Of a DNA stretch of 64,000 bases, positions 39,320-52,990 are shown one piece after another. The stretch's first letter is position 1, and every line of letters begins with the position of its first letter. The stretch is from positions 186,001 through 250,000 of the forward strand of contig JAYWIR010000021.1 of the NCBI GenBank assembly GCA_036172245.1, given 5' to 3'. A program made the position numbers and the translations under genes. This DNA comes from Raillietiella orientalis. Taxonomy: Eukaryota. The notes beneath the pieces were generated by a model. The model was given only the letters and a program-made list of their open reading frames with translations. It was not told where the DNA came from and made no database searches.

Positions 39320-42000
39320 TACTTGTTTACGATTCGTGTAACCTTTTACTTGTATGATTATGTAAAAACATGGTTGCAAACATAAAAGAGACGATACCGG
39401 TGTTTCTAGTAAAGCTTAGTTCCAAGGCACTACAGAGCTGTATCTTTAATTTCTCAAAATCGATTTCAGGCCATGCAACTTGAAAAGAAAAAAAACAATT
39501 TACGAGATAATCAAAAGACCACGCCCCAAAGCCTGAGAGTAGAATTTTGTCGAACTCGTACGTGCCAAACCGTATTTCCACACGATAACGTATTTCACAT
39601 AATGGGTTTAGAATTCCGGCTAACCGCACTTTTGCACGGGAGCAATCAATGCCGCACATCTAACAATGCAGCTGGACACAGTCACCACGGCTGCCAGTGC
39701 CGACAGCAGCTCGAGTCGAGCCCGCACTGAGCAGGAGAGGCAACCGGACGGAATGTCTCTTTCCTCACCATCTCTTCGGTGCGGAGAAGAAATGCACAAC
39801 ACGGAAAACAAAAACACTCTCCCACACCACACCTGTTTCATTTCTGCTAACACTTAGGGAGAATGTTTCCCTGCTTTCGTATCTGCTCAAATGCAGTTAT
39901 CAAATGTAATCCATAGAAATAATGATAATGGAGAGAGAGAGCGGAAAAAAACAGCCAACCATCGAGTTTCGGCGCAAACGCAATGCACGATTAAAAGTGT
40001 GAATGTCTTGCGTCGATTTGCATTTGCAAAACCCTTGCACATTCACTTGAAATGTAAGCAACTTTTTCTTTCTTGAAACAAACTTCTTTTCCCTTCTTTC
40101 TTTTCCTTTCTTGAGTACGCTGCAAGTGGTTGATAATGTTTTGGCCTTCTAAATGAATCAAAGGAATTACAAGCGAATCGAACAAGAGTGTTCTAGAAGC
40201 ATGAAATACGCTCGTTACGTGCTTCAATGCTCACCATACTCGTACGAACATCTACAAGTGTTCAAAAGCTTTTGAATTCCCAAGCAAAGTGTAGCTTTTC
40301 ATCTACAACTACAAGAGTTCAGTTCTCTCAATTACCATGTTTATCATATCTGATCAAATCAGATAGTATCTGCTGATTCTAGTGAAGGGAATGTGAATAA
40401 AAATGCCTTAATACTGCTGTCAGCAAAATATGCTGATTTGAAACTCTCTACAGATGTCATATTTTTCGAAGTCTGTTTTCCAGTGCAATAAATGAAATGA
40501 TGCGATGAATTTCTTGAATCTACAAAAATCCCGAGTTCTATATGACAACATGGTTCACATGGCTTTAAAAAACAAAAGCAAAAAGAAAAGCGAGGCTGTT
40601 TTCGGTATTATTTCTTTTCTCGCCGATTAACAGGAACTGATCTATGAGAGAGATAGTTTACTAAATTTCAAGAACTTATTCCAGTCGGAAATAGTCTCAA
40701 TTTTCGATTTATTTCAAGTACTATGAGGAATACTAAAAAACGAAGATTTCTCAAATGTCGAAAAATAATAATAATTGCAAAAAAACTGCTGCTTTATTTT
40801 TTGTTCTGCGATTTCTAAATTAAGAAATCCGACCTATTAAATAAGTTACCTTACTTAATTCATAGACAGCAGCACTCTGACCGGAATTCTCAGAAATAGA
40901 CAAATTTCAAACCAAATCTCCTTTGAGAGTCTATTAAATATTCATTTATCTTTATTCAATACTCCTTACATTTTCAGAAGAAGGGAATAAGGCCTAATTT
41001 ATTTTCATAATTTAATCAGATCCTAATTGGAATGTGTGGAATTTTTGTTGCCAACTGAATCCAGGCATGTTTTCTTTCAAAAATATTGCTTGCAATGTAC
41101 GGTTTTGGATTGTTTTGAAAGAACTTGGAGGTTATAAAGATCAGTGATATTATGTTGCGTGGGTTTCACAGGACTTTAGTAAAACCGTAGTAAAACAAAA
41201 AAATCAGCAAACCCGTGATCAGTAGATTTTATTGCTACGAATCATTTCGAAAGAAATTTCGTGTGTTTAAATGCAGTGATACCTAACATGTGGTCATACC
41301 AATTGTTAATGGACGACTGATAGCTTTTCCATTTTTAAAGAATTTTCGTCGCAAAGCACAAATCTCTCCAAGAAACAACGTTACGTCCTCTGAGGCAAAA
41401 CTACTAACATCAAATACTTTGACAAATTTGTGGCATGTCGGAGACTCAGGAAAGATCTTAAAGCTGTTGCGGAGGACCTTCAGATGAAAGGCAGCAAACT
41501 GCTAGCAGACGAAAGGCCATGGCGAGAAAGTGTCAGGAAATAGAAAGGAGTGATTAGTAAGCAAAAATGAATTTCGAAGTGTTTCACGAGTTTGGGTTGC
41601 TTGGAATTGCAAACGGATGTGTCAGTAATAATAAAACAAAAGGAGCAAGAAGCTTCCGCCTGTGTTAAGGACTATGGACCAGTCCTCTTGAAAGTAAGGA
41701 CCTAATTACATGCACCGTTGAAACAGATGCTGTGGGTTGTCGTGGACCGGCCCGTTCACTCGATTGGGGAGTTGAGCATTCGGAGGTAAAGAGTTCACGA
41801 AATTTTATTTGCTCGATTCTTCGTGTAAATACAAATCTAGTGGACAATTTGCGATCGAGATCAACGAAGGAGGAGGATTCAGGAGCCGCCATTCGTCCTG
41901 AATACTTTTGACAGCGGCTGCTTGCACTAAATTCCAATTTTGGGGAATTGAATTGTACAGTCATGTTTCACATGCACATCATAGTCAGCAAACAGTGCAT
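39320..42000 (-). mobile_element. Possible decayed Gypsy gag-protease remnant
   Basis: Gag-like PESSSFVDLDRKLSTRF (~41860), knuckle-like CARVLQMQIDARHSHF*SC (~40010) and a protease-like segment at 39500-39790. Confidence 0.35.
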
Positions 42001-42930
42001 TGTGTTGATATATCATGGACTTGGGCGTTTAAGGATTGGAAAATGTAGAAACATGAAAGAGTGATGTCTTTCGTTTCTGAAGTTCTTTAATCAGATCTTC
42101 TTTAATCAAAACTTATCAGGAATCGTTGATCCACGACCAGTCTTTAAACGACCAGATCTTTGTTCTCCTTTTTGAAACTTTTACGCAGTGGAAAGAACTT
42201 GCAGAATTAGGGAAATCGATTACGATGCTCGTTTTTGGCAATGACATTCCTTTGTGAGCATTTCCTAAGTCACAGAAACGTGTCTCAATCTTTTGTACTA
42301 TACAAATATATAGGAAGGATTGAACAAAATCGTAAACAGAAGACAGAATGATGCTTCAAATACTGTTTGTTACGATTAGTAAGGCACTTTGCAAGTAATT
42401 AGAAACAGTAAATGCAAAACTGGAAATGCAGCTCGAGAAAGGAGCTGTTACAGTGTTAGCCGGCTCAAAGGTTTGTGCACGGCGTATGAATGAAACACGG
42501 TGTTCGCGTCTGCAAATCATTCCCACAAAAAGCTCACGCAAGTCTACAAAAATGACAAAGGTGCCCACTATATGAAAATTCTATAACCTTGATACAAGTG
42601 CTGAGCACCGGAGTGAAGAACCATGAAGAAATAATGAAGAGCAAATAAAGAAGCTGCGCCGCTTTCACCGCTCACTTTGGAATAATTTTCGTCGAATCTA
42701 AAGGCTGCCATTTTTAAAAGGATCAGATTCTATATATCACAAAATACGCAAACCAGTAAGTACACGGCCAGTTATACAGTGTCCTTCAAAAAATTTCGGG
42801 AGTGTGTTTATGATCAAGACCCACACAGAATTTTCGAATCAAAAGTTTGGTCGCGGTGGCATCAACTTAATGTTTCCTTTAGTGCTAACACTCTCCAATA
42901 CCATCAAGGGCCTAACAATCAATTATACGT

Positions 42931-45480
42931 TTATTTCACATGGAATCCTGACTGATGGCACAGTTTCCATGTGTTAGATGATTTGGAAATTTTTTCGGGA
43001 TGGGAATGCCGCCAACTTTTTTCCAGCTCAAAAAATGACCCAGCACTGGATTGGGTATTATCAACCACTGTTAGATTTCTTCTCCCTAACTTCTCAAGCA
43101 CTGATTTAAAGAACCATTGTTCATATTCTCTTTGGTTATCTTGGTTTTTCTTGGTAGACAACATGGCATTCCAGCAAAGAATTGATGTAGGATAGCTGCC
43201 TTGACTGATGCTTAACATTCCAAGTAAACTATAAATATACCTGTTGGTGCATGCAAGACTGCTGCATGTATCCTCGGAAGTTGATTCTGGAGATGTTGTT
43301 TCCGTGACATCTGATTCTGGTGTAGAATGGTCACCAATTGAAGACAAGTGGGTGCTGCCCAATTCTTGTGCAGGGACAATCATTTCGAATGGCTAATTGT
43401 CCAATTCAGGATCCCAATTCCCAAACAAACACATGCAACTTAGCCTACCAATGGTAGGTCCAATAAATGAGAAAAATGTTTTTTCGGTGAGGTCCTATGA
43501 GGAACTTGCCAAGATGAAGAGAATGAAATGCAGATGGCATCTTCATAAGAAAGCAAGTGTTGGAAGACTTTATTTCCATGATGAGTCACAAGGTGTTTAA
43601 CTTGCTGACATCCCTAATTTGAATGATTTAAAATACGTATTTCATAATATAACATGCATGTGCTATAAACCCAGATTCCTTTGAAAGTGCCCAAATAATT
43701 TCAAAAATCATACACTGGCTCCGCATGCAATGTGTTCATCATCATTGATATGATGGAACATATAAAATCCTAATAGCCAAGCATATTATTATACGTACAA
43801 AAGTAAAGATGTGTGTATTTAACTTGAGAAATGATTGATAACGGAAAGTGACCTGAAATGCATCCTCATAGTAGTGCCTATGGATCTCCAGATGGCAGCA
43901 TGGGTATACACCATCAATACCATTATCTACTTCATGGAAAACAATTCCTTGAGGATGATGCAAACACGACCCATACTGCACACAGGGGAAGTGAGCACAG
44001 CAACGATCACAATATAAATAATGACAGGCACCCCAAACTGCCCAGTACACCCTTCTCCAGGTGCGAAGGATTCCCTTAAGTTCTTTTATGTGCACATTCA
44101 CATTCCAACTTGTATCAAAATAATGGTTTGAGAGTGATGAAGTGAGTCCTGATGCATGTCTGATACAACTGATTGACTTTGCTAATGGGTAATACAGGAT
44201 CTGGCAGCATCTCTTGCAAAATGCTAAGTCTGTTGCTGATGCAAATTGGCACTGTCTTTCACTTGGCTGAGAGCATAGCTGCACCAACCACTTGTAATAA
44301 AATCTATTTTTGATACATTCTGGCATGTGTTCAAGCTTATCAATGTCATCTGGAGAAGTCAGGTCACTTAATCTAACATAAAAAGCCTAGTAAACATGTG
44401 ACCATAAATCACCTAATGGTACCTGCTGAACAGCTTATCTCCCAAAGATGAAAGAATTGAACTACATGAAAGTTCCAGAAAATTCTCATGGATGTACATA
44501 AGACAAACATCCACCAAGTCCTCCATTTGCAAAAAGTCTGCAGCCCTTAGAATCTGCATAGCATGTTCAGGATCTTTTAAAAAAGACTTTGTCAAATTTT
44601 GAAACACAATAGGTGAATTGATTTATCTTACAGAATTGTGAATGTCACAGATGAAACTGTAAGTCATGTACCTAATATGGGTAATGTAGGTGAGTTGACC
44701 TCCTTGGCTGTAATCCAATTCAATAACCATTCAAAAATGTCTATTTTACAGTGAATAGTAATATCATACGAATTCACAGAATCTAAAAGCAATAACCATG
44801 AAGGAAATAAAGCATTTTGATACTTTATGAAATTGTAATTTACCCGAATCCAGAAGTTTTGAAAAATGCTTCATATTTCTGCATAAAATGTCAATCCTTA
44901 GATCAAGATCTTTAACCATTTTGGAATCGTCATCAATGACTTTGATTTTAAGTGGAGAGCTAAAAAAGATTGTGTATGGAAAATAAATTCATCAAATAAG
45001 AAATGCAATGGCCCTTCATTATTTGTGATTTTTCTACAAATTTTTTTCAGGCAAATTCGAAATTTATCTACGAGTTCCCAAGCATGCCGACTGAGACATA
45101 AGTTCCGAACATGAAAATCACACTTCGGTGGTATGCAGTCAAGAAAGTATCACCAAATATGTGTTACAGAAGCTACGGAAACCGGTAGTTGAGATAAACT
45201 GGAAATGGACTTACGGGACCAAAAATTTTTTTTCATTAATGAGCATATCATCTCTGATTGCCAATTCCGAATTTTCCTGGCGCTTGATAACGTCCAGAAG
45301 GTACGAATCAAGGTTTTTCTGACTTTTTATCTCCAGAAGCTGCTTCTTTGCGATATCAAAGGGCACTCCTAAGTCATCAAGGCCTTCAGATTTTGTTCTG
45401 CTCTCCTTATCATTTTCAGGAAGTTTACAAATGGGAATTATGGAGTACAAGTAGTCCAACAATTCATCCTTAATTTCCAT
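42931..45480 (-). CDS. SANBR: SANBR/KIAA1841-like BTB-domain (DUF3342) protein, multi-exon
   Basis: BTB segment IKVIDDDSKMVKD...MKHFSKLL, DITIHCKIDIFEWLLNWI, ILRAADFLQMEDLVDVCLMYIH. Family motifs WRRVYWAVWG, LYCDRC, CLHHP, GVYPCC, GCQQVKHLV and C-terminal WNAMLSTKKNQDNQREYE. Exons approx. 45480-45215, 44959-44844, 44782-44672, 44573-44423, 44372-43853, 43613-43449, 43392-42931 (the last may contain an in-frame intron). Confidence 0.85.
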
Positions 45481-46641
45481 AGCACTACCAGTCAGACACT
45501 TTCAATGTACTGGGCTGGGTACCCGCAGTTTACCCCGGGAGAAGCCATGGTACTTGCCGTGCCATCTACAAGGGTGTACGACCGCACGCGTTACCACTCG
45601 CGGCAAGCCAAGTGTTGAATCGACGTCCACAAACACAATCTAAAGTTGAAAGCACTATGTCCAGTACAGAAGTACGAATTTTTGTTGATTTGCACTAACA
45701 TTTGCAAAGGAAATACAGAGAAAACCGTAAACGTCGACCTTATTCCAGTCGTTGAGAACTGAATATCGTACTTGCTCTTCCCCTAAAAATTTGTGGTGTC
45801 TTTTAAAAATAGAAACCACCAATGTTTTCTCAATAATCACAATAAATTCCAGCTTTCGAAACTTCAGGATATTCATTCTAAAGTTTAAAAATAATTATAT
45901 GCTATGTGACTTTGGCATTTAAAGATAGTAAAACATTGCTTCCGATAGTGCTACTCACACTTTCAAAATACAGGAAATTTCAATCCACATTTAAGTTGAA
46001 GTTTTGAATCGATTTGAAGAAATTCATGTTTTGAGCATTTTCAAATTCCGTTCCTAAAAGCTGGAGAATGAGTGGAAATGGAGATCTATGTTCAGAATGC
46101 ATACATTCCAATCACAGAATGCATTGAAATTTCAAGGATCAACGCAATGGAAGGATAGCAAAAAGATGAAGATGAAAACAAGTTTTCAAATAAATGAATA
46201 AGAGTTTTAGAATCTAGAGTGAATTACACAAGAGTAATGTTTTATATATAACCGAGATATGTAGGCGAGAATTCAATATGCAGCATTTTCAGAACTTGAA
46301 ATTCCCTTTTATCAGTTTGCTCTTGACAGAACAGAAATATTCAGATATTTTTACTTTCTAATGATGATTAGTTAGACGTAATCGTGGTATTCATTTAATT
46401 TCAGACTACTTTATTTCGATACCGACTTTTGCATCTTTTTATTGAAATCTAGAAGTAACACCATTTTTCTTTTCTAATATAATGGCGAATCCATAAAAAG
46501 CAGTGTTTTTAATCTAACACCCAACACCCATAAGAAACCCAAAACGACTATTTGCTGAAGTAGACGCGAAATATCTATGAACATATTTAGAAATGCTTGA
46601 GACAGTTGTGTACTCTCTGTTAATTAACACATAATATAAAT

Positions 46642-46702
46642 ATCATTGATCCATGAGGTGTTGCCATATTTATATTATGGCAACACCTCATGGATCAATG
46701 AT
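46642..46702. repeat. Perfect 27-bp inverted repeat with a 7-nt loop
   Basis: ATCATTGATCCATGAGGTGTTGCCATA-TTTATAT-TATGGCAACACCTCATGGATCAATGAT. Confidence 0.97.
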
Positions 46703-46899
46703 TTGACAAAGAGATCATTTCACATCTCGTCTATCTGAAGACGGATGATATTGATTTTGGCATAAGGATAGCTTTATTGATTCATTGGTACATTCAGCGT
46801 ACAAAGCGGATATTGAATCTTATGTTGCAAATAGAAATCACACAAAAACGCATGCAAAATCCTGTCTATACTTCCTAGATGTTCTTAAAAGACAAAAAG

Positions 46900-48100
46900 G
46901 AATAGTGCCCATGCGAAAAGTGAATTAGCTATCGAGGCAGTCTGTATAAAAATTTGGTCTTTTTAAACATAAAATGAATCTTATGGGTGCTTTCACAGCA
47001 AATGCCGTGATTCATTCTTTTAATCTGATGCTCGTCCACACTTCATGCACGTGGAAGGTCTGCAGAATTCACTTTGATGACAAATCTCTGGAAGTTTTAC
47101 TTGGCGCAATTCAGCAAAAGTTCACAAGAAGGTAATGGAAGCCGTGCTTCGTCAGATGCCGTCATTTCTTTTGCTACAAAAAAGTTGCAGTTCAGCAGTT
47201 CTGAATAAGGTACTGCAGTTTCGTCTCCGTGGTTGCCACCAGCGTTTCCTTATTTTAACAGCGAAATTCATTAGTAAGTTTTACGACTATCGGGTTACAA
47301 AGTGCAGGGGATGTGAGCCAAACACACCAAGCCCATTTGAATAATAAAGAACAAGAAGTAGCTAGAAAACTCGGCATATTCCGATTCCATCGGCAAAGCA
47401 TGTCTGAAGCTTGAATTCTCAGTTCTCAGGAGGTTTAGAACGAAAGGCTACAACGATACGCCCTCAAGAACGAGAAACGAATGAAGAAACCGATGCAAAC
47501 CATGCAGGCGCTGATGGTCAGGAGTCTCACGGCAAGTTGAACTCTCGGCAAGAACAAAAAAAAAAAAGAGAACTGATCTCGGTCCCGCTATTAAATCTCC
47601 GAGGAAGAAATGCCAGTTTACTGGAATCGTCGGCTGACTCTCCCGCATCGTTGCTGTCTGGAAAGAAATACCGCTCGTTGTTTTCGAGATGATAAATTTA
47701 ATAGGTAAACGTAAACAGTGATTTCACAACCCAAATCACAGGTGATATTTGCATAAATCGGAGTTTCAGGTCAAAACTGAAAGATGCAAACGATGGCAAT
47801 GGAAGTATGGTGTTGAATGACGGTGTTTGAGCCCTTCAGGAGGAAGAGAAATCAAACTGCTGCATCTATGCCGAGACTGCGTAGAGTGGATGTGAAAAAT
47901 TGTTCTCGACAGATTGTGATGGACTGAGTTACGACAAAATGCTCGCTGGAAAATCCGGATTCGTGGAAACCAACAAAGTTCTTCACCGTAATGGGAGGAC
48001 TAATAGAGAAAAAGATTTATTAATTTTGAAATCATCGAAATGCAACATGATTCGAGTACTATAAGAAAAGAATCCAAGGTCTATTTCATAAATGACAATG
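46900..48100 (+). mobile_element. Decayed Gypsy RNaseH-linker/integrase remnant
   Basis: AVLNKVLQFRLRGC...KFYDYR, HIPIP...GGLERKATTIR, EPFRRK...RRVDV and KPTKFFTVMG occur in the expected order. Confidence 0.45.
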
Positions 48101-49444
48101 GGGTTTCCTGAAATACTCCTTAAATGAGTGAACGCATGCATGCTCCACAAGCGAACGACATTCTCAGAGCTTACAAGAACAGATTACTAGCAAAAGCATG
48201 CCCCTTGGTACGTAAATGTAATGCAACCATTTTTTTTTTTTTTTTTTTACAGTGAGTCAATCAGTATCTCAGACCTTTCGGGTCTGTTTCCTCCAGGAGT
48301 TGTAGATATTTCACAAACTCCTCAGAGTCTTAAAACCTTCCCAGCGCAATTTTTAAAGCAGTTTTCTTTCGGCAAAACATTTCACCGTAATAACAGACAA
48401 AACATATCACCGACCTCAATTTGATAAAAGGCAGAGTTCATTTAAAGAATCCGTCACATTTGTAAGATTGGGCTTGCCTGTTGAAAAATTCGTGATTTCT
48501 CAACGTTTGGATCAAGCTAGAATAACTCTAAGAGTGGGAAACGTCCAAATATAGTTCACATTCTGTCTTGAAACCGCAACATGAAGAAAAGTTGACTTCA
48601 TATGTGTACAGCTAACGACATCTGCTAATCTTGTCTAATTAACCTAGACATGAATTACGCCAGTTTCGATCCGAATACCCTACAGATATACAAGATACGA
48701 ATACCATTAATTTATAAGTCAATAAAATCATGCTACATGATGACCTATCCCTACTAAAGTCCTTGATACCTCAAAGCTTCATAAACGGATTGATGTCGAG
48801 TAATTGTTCATATCATGACAGCAAGGAAGCATTTCATTTCTTCCTCCAAAACACCACACACCAACACAATTATGCCTGCTCTGTGATCATGAGTTGGAAT
48901 TACATTAGTGTGAATTTCTAATATTCCCTTGGGGTAATTAGTGCCTAAATAGTTAAAGCTGGAAATACAGATGAAATGGAATACGAAGTTTATTTTGATT
49001 CTTATACAGCTACTTTTTGTTCACTTTAATTTCATAAAACAGGACTCAAAATTATCTTTTAAATCAAATGACTTGAATTTGATGTTTTTTGGTAGGAGCA
49101 AACAAAACTTCCTGAAGTTGTAAAGGTATCACACAATATAACACTTTATTATAGGCATGCATTTCAAACTGCAATGCAATCAATGCGTCTAATTCTGACA
49201 ATCTGAAAGTCAATGATTGAAGGGCATCTGCATTTTGAGTGATTTCATCTAGTGACTTCATAAGTGACTATATAGGAACCACATTCAAATGTTAATATAA
49301 GAATGAATATTCTGTTTTTGCTCCATCAATCTGATGACAATTCCTCCACAGTTTTCCTCATGAGGAAAATTAACTAAAATACCATTACACTTAGCTAAAT
49401 CAAGGACAAAAAGATTAAATATAATGATATTACAATATGTAGCA

Positions 49445-52375
49445 TTACGCCCGGTGACAAATAGATTCTACCATTGAAGCTTCCATCAATACTGGATCTA
49501 AACAGCGACTGTGTGCACTGCCCAAAATTTCTTCCAACATTGACTGCATCCAGCTGCTGAATGCCAGAAATGTAATCCAGCATTCAACTTCATGAACAAA
49601 CCTGTCATCTGTAACTAATCGCCAGAGGTGTAACTGTAGATAATGGCAATCGACTTGTAGCTGCTGAAGGCCTAATCTGCTGAATGTATACAGCCGTATG
49701 CATTCCAGTAGTGTCTGCCCATTTTGTAACCACATTTCAATCATCAGTGGTTACCTTTAAGCCAATTTTCACAATTCCTGTCAGAATAGATGATTTGGTA
49801 AAGTCAACTGTAGAAAAGATATCCATTCTTTCTGAAAACAACTTCTGGATATTGGTGAATAAATTAGGCTCCATACTGCTATGCCAGACACTAATAAAAG
49901 CATTAATTGAAATGGCTAATGAGGTGGATTTACCTAGGTGTTTTCCGTTGGGATTCTAGGCTGCGTTCCTTGTGTTCAACATCATCAAATAATGAGCCAA
50001 TCTGAATGTCCATCTGACATAAATCTTCAACCATCCGTTTGATTACAGAACGCACACAGCGTGGCTCAGGAGTGTGAAGCCAATCTCGTGTCTCCATAGA
50101 CTTACGCACCATCTACACAAGTCTAAATGTTGTTTGTTTGATTGCATTTGACTGCAGTAAGTTACCTGGGAAATAACTTGACCCTGACTAGTTACATAGC
50201 TATTCAAAGCTGTTTGTGCAGAAGTTCTCATTAATTCAGCTAACTGAGCAAATGAGGTATTCTCTTGAGAAAATGGATGAGGAAATAGCTCTCTCATCTA
50301 TAAAGTGTCAAAGATTTCAATAGTATTTGAAAGTATCTACCATCTCCACCAAGTAGCTAGAAGTTGATTTTTCAACTTCCAAGCATAAGCATGAGAGCAG
50401 TAGCAGGAAAGTAGGCATCACTTCAGCAGTCCCTTCTTGCTGACTAAATCCAAGAACTATATTGGCCAAATTTCTCAGCACTTCAACCAAGATGTCTTGG
50501 TGCACCATATTGCAAAATGTTTCTTGAAAAGAAACTTGAGAGTGAAAGTTAACTTCTGGATGAAGAAAAGCCTAAAAATAAAATAGAGAATGTGAGATGC
50601 TATTAGGGAGGACATGTGGGATGGCAACAGGGATACTATGATATCAGAGAGCTCACCTGCAAGCTGCATAGTGATTCTCTGACTTTTCTGTTCCAATCTT
50701 GTAGTGCTATCTGCAGAATAGCAGGCAATGTAAGAGGTGCAGTCTCAGTTGGTACCAACATCAACACAAGTTTTTGGCGCATTTCTACTAACATACTGTT
50801 TAGATAAGTAGTTAATCGTTGTTGTGTGCAATGGCAGCAATAGGCTGATTGGGAAGCAAGGAGGTCTTGGGCCATACTAAAGGAAAAATCAGAATGGACA
50901 TTTGTGGCTAACAAAATTCTCAACCTTGTAATATCGTAATAAGGAATCAGCTGGCAATTAGCAAGCATTTTACAATATAGTCTATCTAATCCACGCACCA
51001 ACATGCGAAATTCAGGAAAGCATTGCTCTGCTTCTTTGGAAAATGTCTGGCTGATGATCTGAACAAAGCGCATCATCAGCTTCTCTATGAACTCTGATAG
51101 TGCACTATGACTACTTGGCTGTTGCCCAAATATAGAAAGGTAACTTTGACAAAAAAGAGAAAGCTCGCCTAAATATGAAGCACATCCCAAATCAACAAAT
51201 TCTAAAATATCCTGAAGAGATACAAAAAATAGGTTGATTTTATCAAATTTGCACTGACAACAAAGGTGAACTTGGATCCATGGCTGCATTCCAAATCATC
51301 TAGAAGTCCACAAAGCTTCACATCACCTTGAGATAAAAATAATTCATGGATTTCAACAGGATTTTCGTCCAGATCAAGTAATAGTTTGGTGATGATTGCT
51401 ACCTCAGAACACTTCATCTTTAAAGAAATGCTATACAAAATCATCAATCATTAATTGGTTACCTCATTGTTTGTTAACTGTTCTCTAATTTTTTCTTTTA
51501 GCTGCCAAAGGATGTTATCACAGTCAGCTTGAATACCATGAAATGATGGCAAGTGTCCATACTGCGATAAAGCAGCTTGAGCCTGGAGATAGCACTGCAC
51601 TGCCTAATGGGAAACGCTCTTAACATACTAGTAATAATTAGATCTTGCCTTTTGGTAGTCATTTTCCTCCATGCATTTTGTTAGTTTACTTGGTAATTCA
51701 AAGAGAAACTGCATCTTTCTCAGGACAGTGTATGCTGAAGACAATCTTTGAATTTCCTTCTGATTTTCCTGAAATCAAGATTCAGCAAAACAGAATGCTC
51801 ACAACAAACACGGGTTACTGAACAGGCATGTGAATACTTTAAATGAAACAACGGTTGCTATTGGTAATGCCACATATTTTTGATTGTAAATGCACGATCT
51901 TAGGATATGATAACAATAAAGGTGAAATCACAATTCTTCTTACTTGCAATGCTGATGATATCTGTCCGGAAAATTTCATGATTTCAGTCATGCCCGAGGT
52001 AAGACATTCCACTTCTTTTTCCATATTTTTGAAGTTATCCTTCATCTTCAATATAACTGCATGGTATCATTGATTTTTTACTAACATTTATAAACCTTTT
52101 GAATAGTATCTGTAGCCGAAATGAATTTATTATAGTTTTCATATACTAGGGTTTGCATTTCATTTTCAAGCTCCTGGATATTCTCCCGGATTTCTTTTTC
52201 ATGCCTCATTAATTTTGGTAAAGGTACATTCTAACATAAACATGGATCACGCATAACGAAAATGCTTAAATTTACTAACCAATAGTATTTTATTTAGATA
52301 TACATCAGGCTTGAAACTGCTGCTGTCCATATCAAAGCTTTCTCCGGAACTTGGCTGCTCATCATTGGAAAACAT
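49445..52375 (-). CDS. VPS51: Vps51 (GARP/EARP complex subunit, Ang2/fat-free), multi-exon
   Basis: Signature [19 protein letters not shown], plus [56 protein letters not shown] and [22 protein letters not shown]. Stop at 49445. ATG at 52375 is the probable start; an upstream exon is not excluded. Confidence 0.93.
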
Positions 52376-52729
52376 TACATAAATGATTGTTTTCTTTTCT
52401 TAAAAGGCCTCTTTCAAAAGGTTACGATTACTAGGTGCTATTACGTAAGATTTTTTTCCTACATTAATGGAATGAGTCCTTAGAATTCCAAACTGGAAAT
52501 CAAACCTTTCATCTACTTCATAGTTTCTTTTACCCCAGATCCGTCTCTTCTAAGCAAATGAGAGATTTTCCACACGGCGCTTGAAAATGCTTTTTCCTTG
52601 CCTTCCGGAGTTTCACAATTATTCCCAAAGAGTATTAAAGTGAAATGAGGGCAGAAACGGAGTAACAGTTTCACGAACGTGAAATGACTTTGCCCACACC
52701 GCGCAACCGTTTCAGCAATTTCAAGTTTT

Positions 52730-52990
52730 GTTCAAAACACAACTCGAAAGCCTCGGAGCGCAGGGTGGTCAGCCCGGAAGCTGCTGGAAGGCGGAAACCC
52801 CTCCTGTGTGTACCAAGTGCAAGTCCACTGCCTCACCACAAAAGCTGATGCATTTTCTCGCTGATGCTGCATCCCCGGGTGGATGCAGGGCGCTGAAACC
52901 CGCCATCCTGAAGTACCATCTCCACAGCAGACCTCGCAAATTATACGACACGACCGCGAAAAAGGCCAAAGATGGGAAGTCATGGTGAGA
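52730..52990 (+). mobile_element. Possible non-LTR retrotransposon C-terminal zinc-finger remnant (not family A)
   Basis: AETPPVCTKCKST...MHFL resembles the ExPPxCxxC...HxL motif of LINE ORF2 C-termini. Confidence 0.35.

Noticed and set aside
46654..46675. let-7-family miRNA in the hairpin arm (TGAGGTG...)
   Set aside because: The let-7 start is TGAGGTAG; only 6 nt match and the remainder is unrelated.
49352..49369. 18-bp palindrome TTTTCCTCATGAGGAAAA downstream of VPS51
   Set aside because: Short, partly low-complexity and loopless. Plausible by chance in 64 kb.
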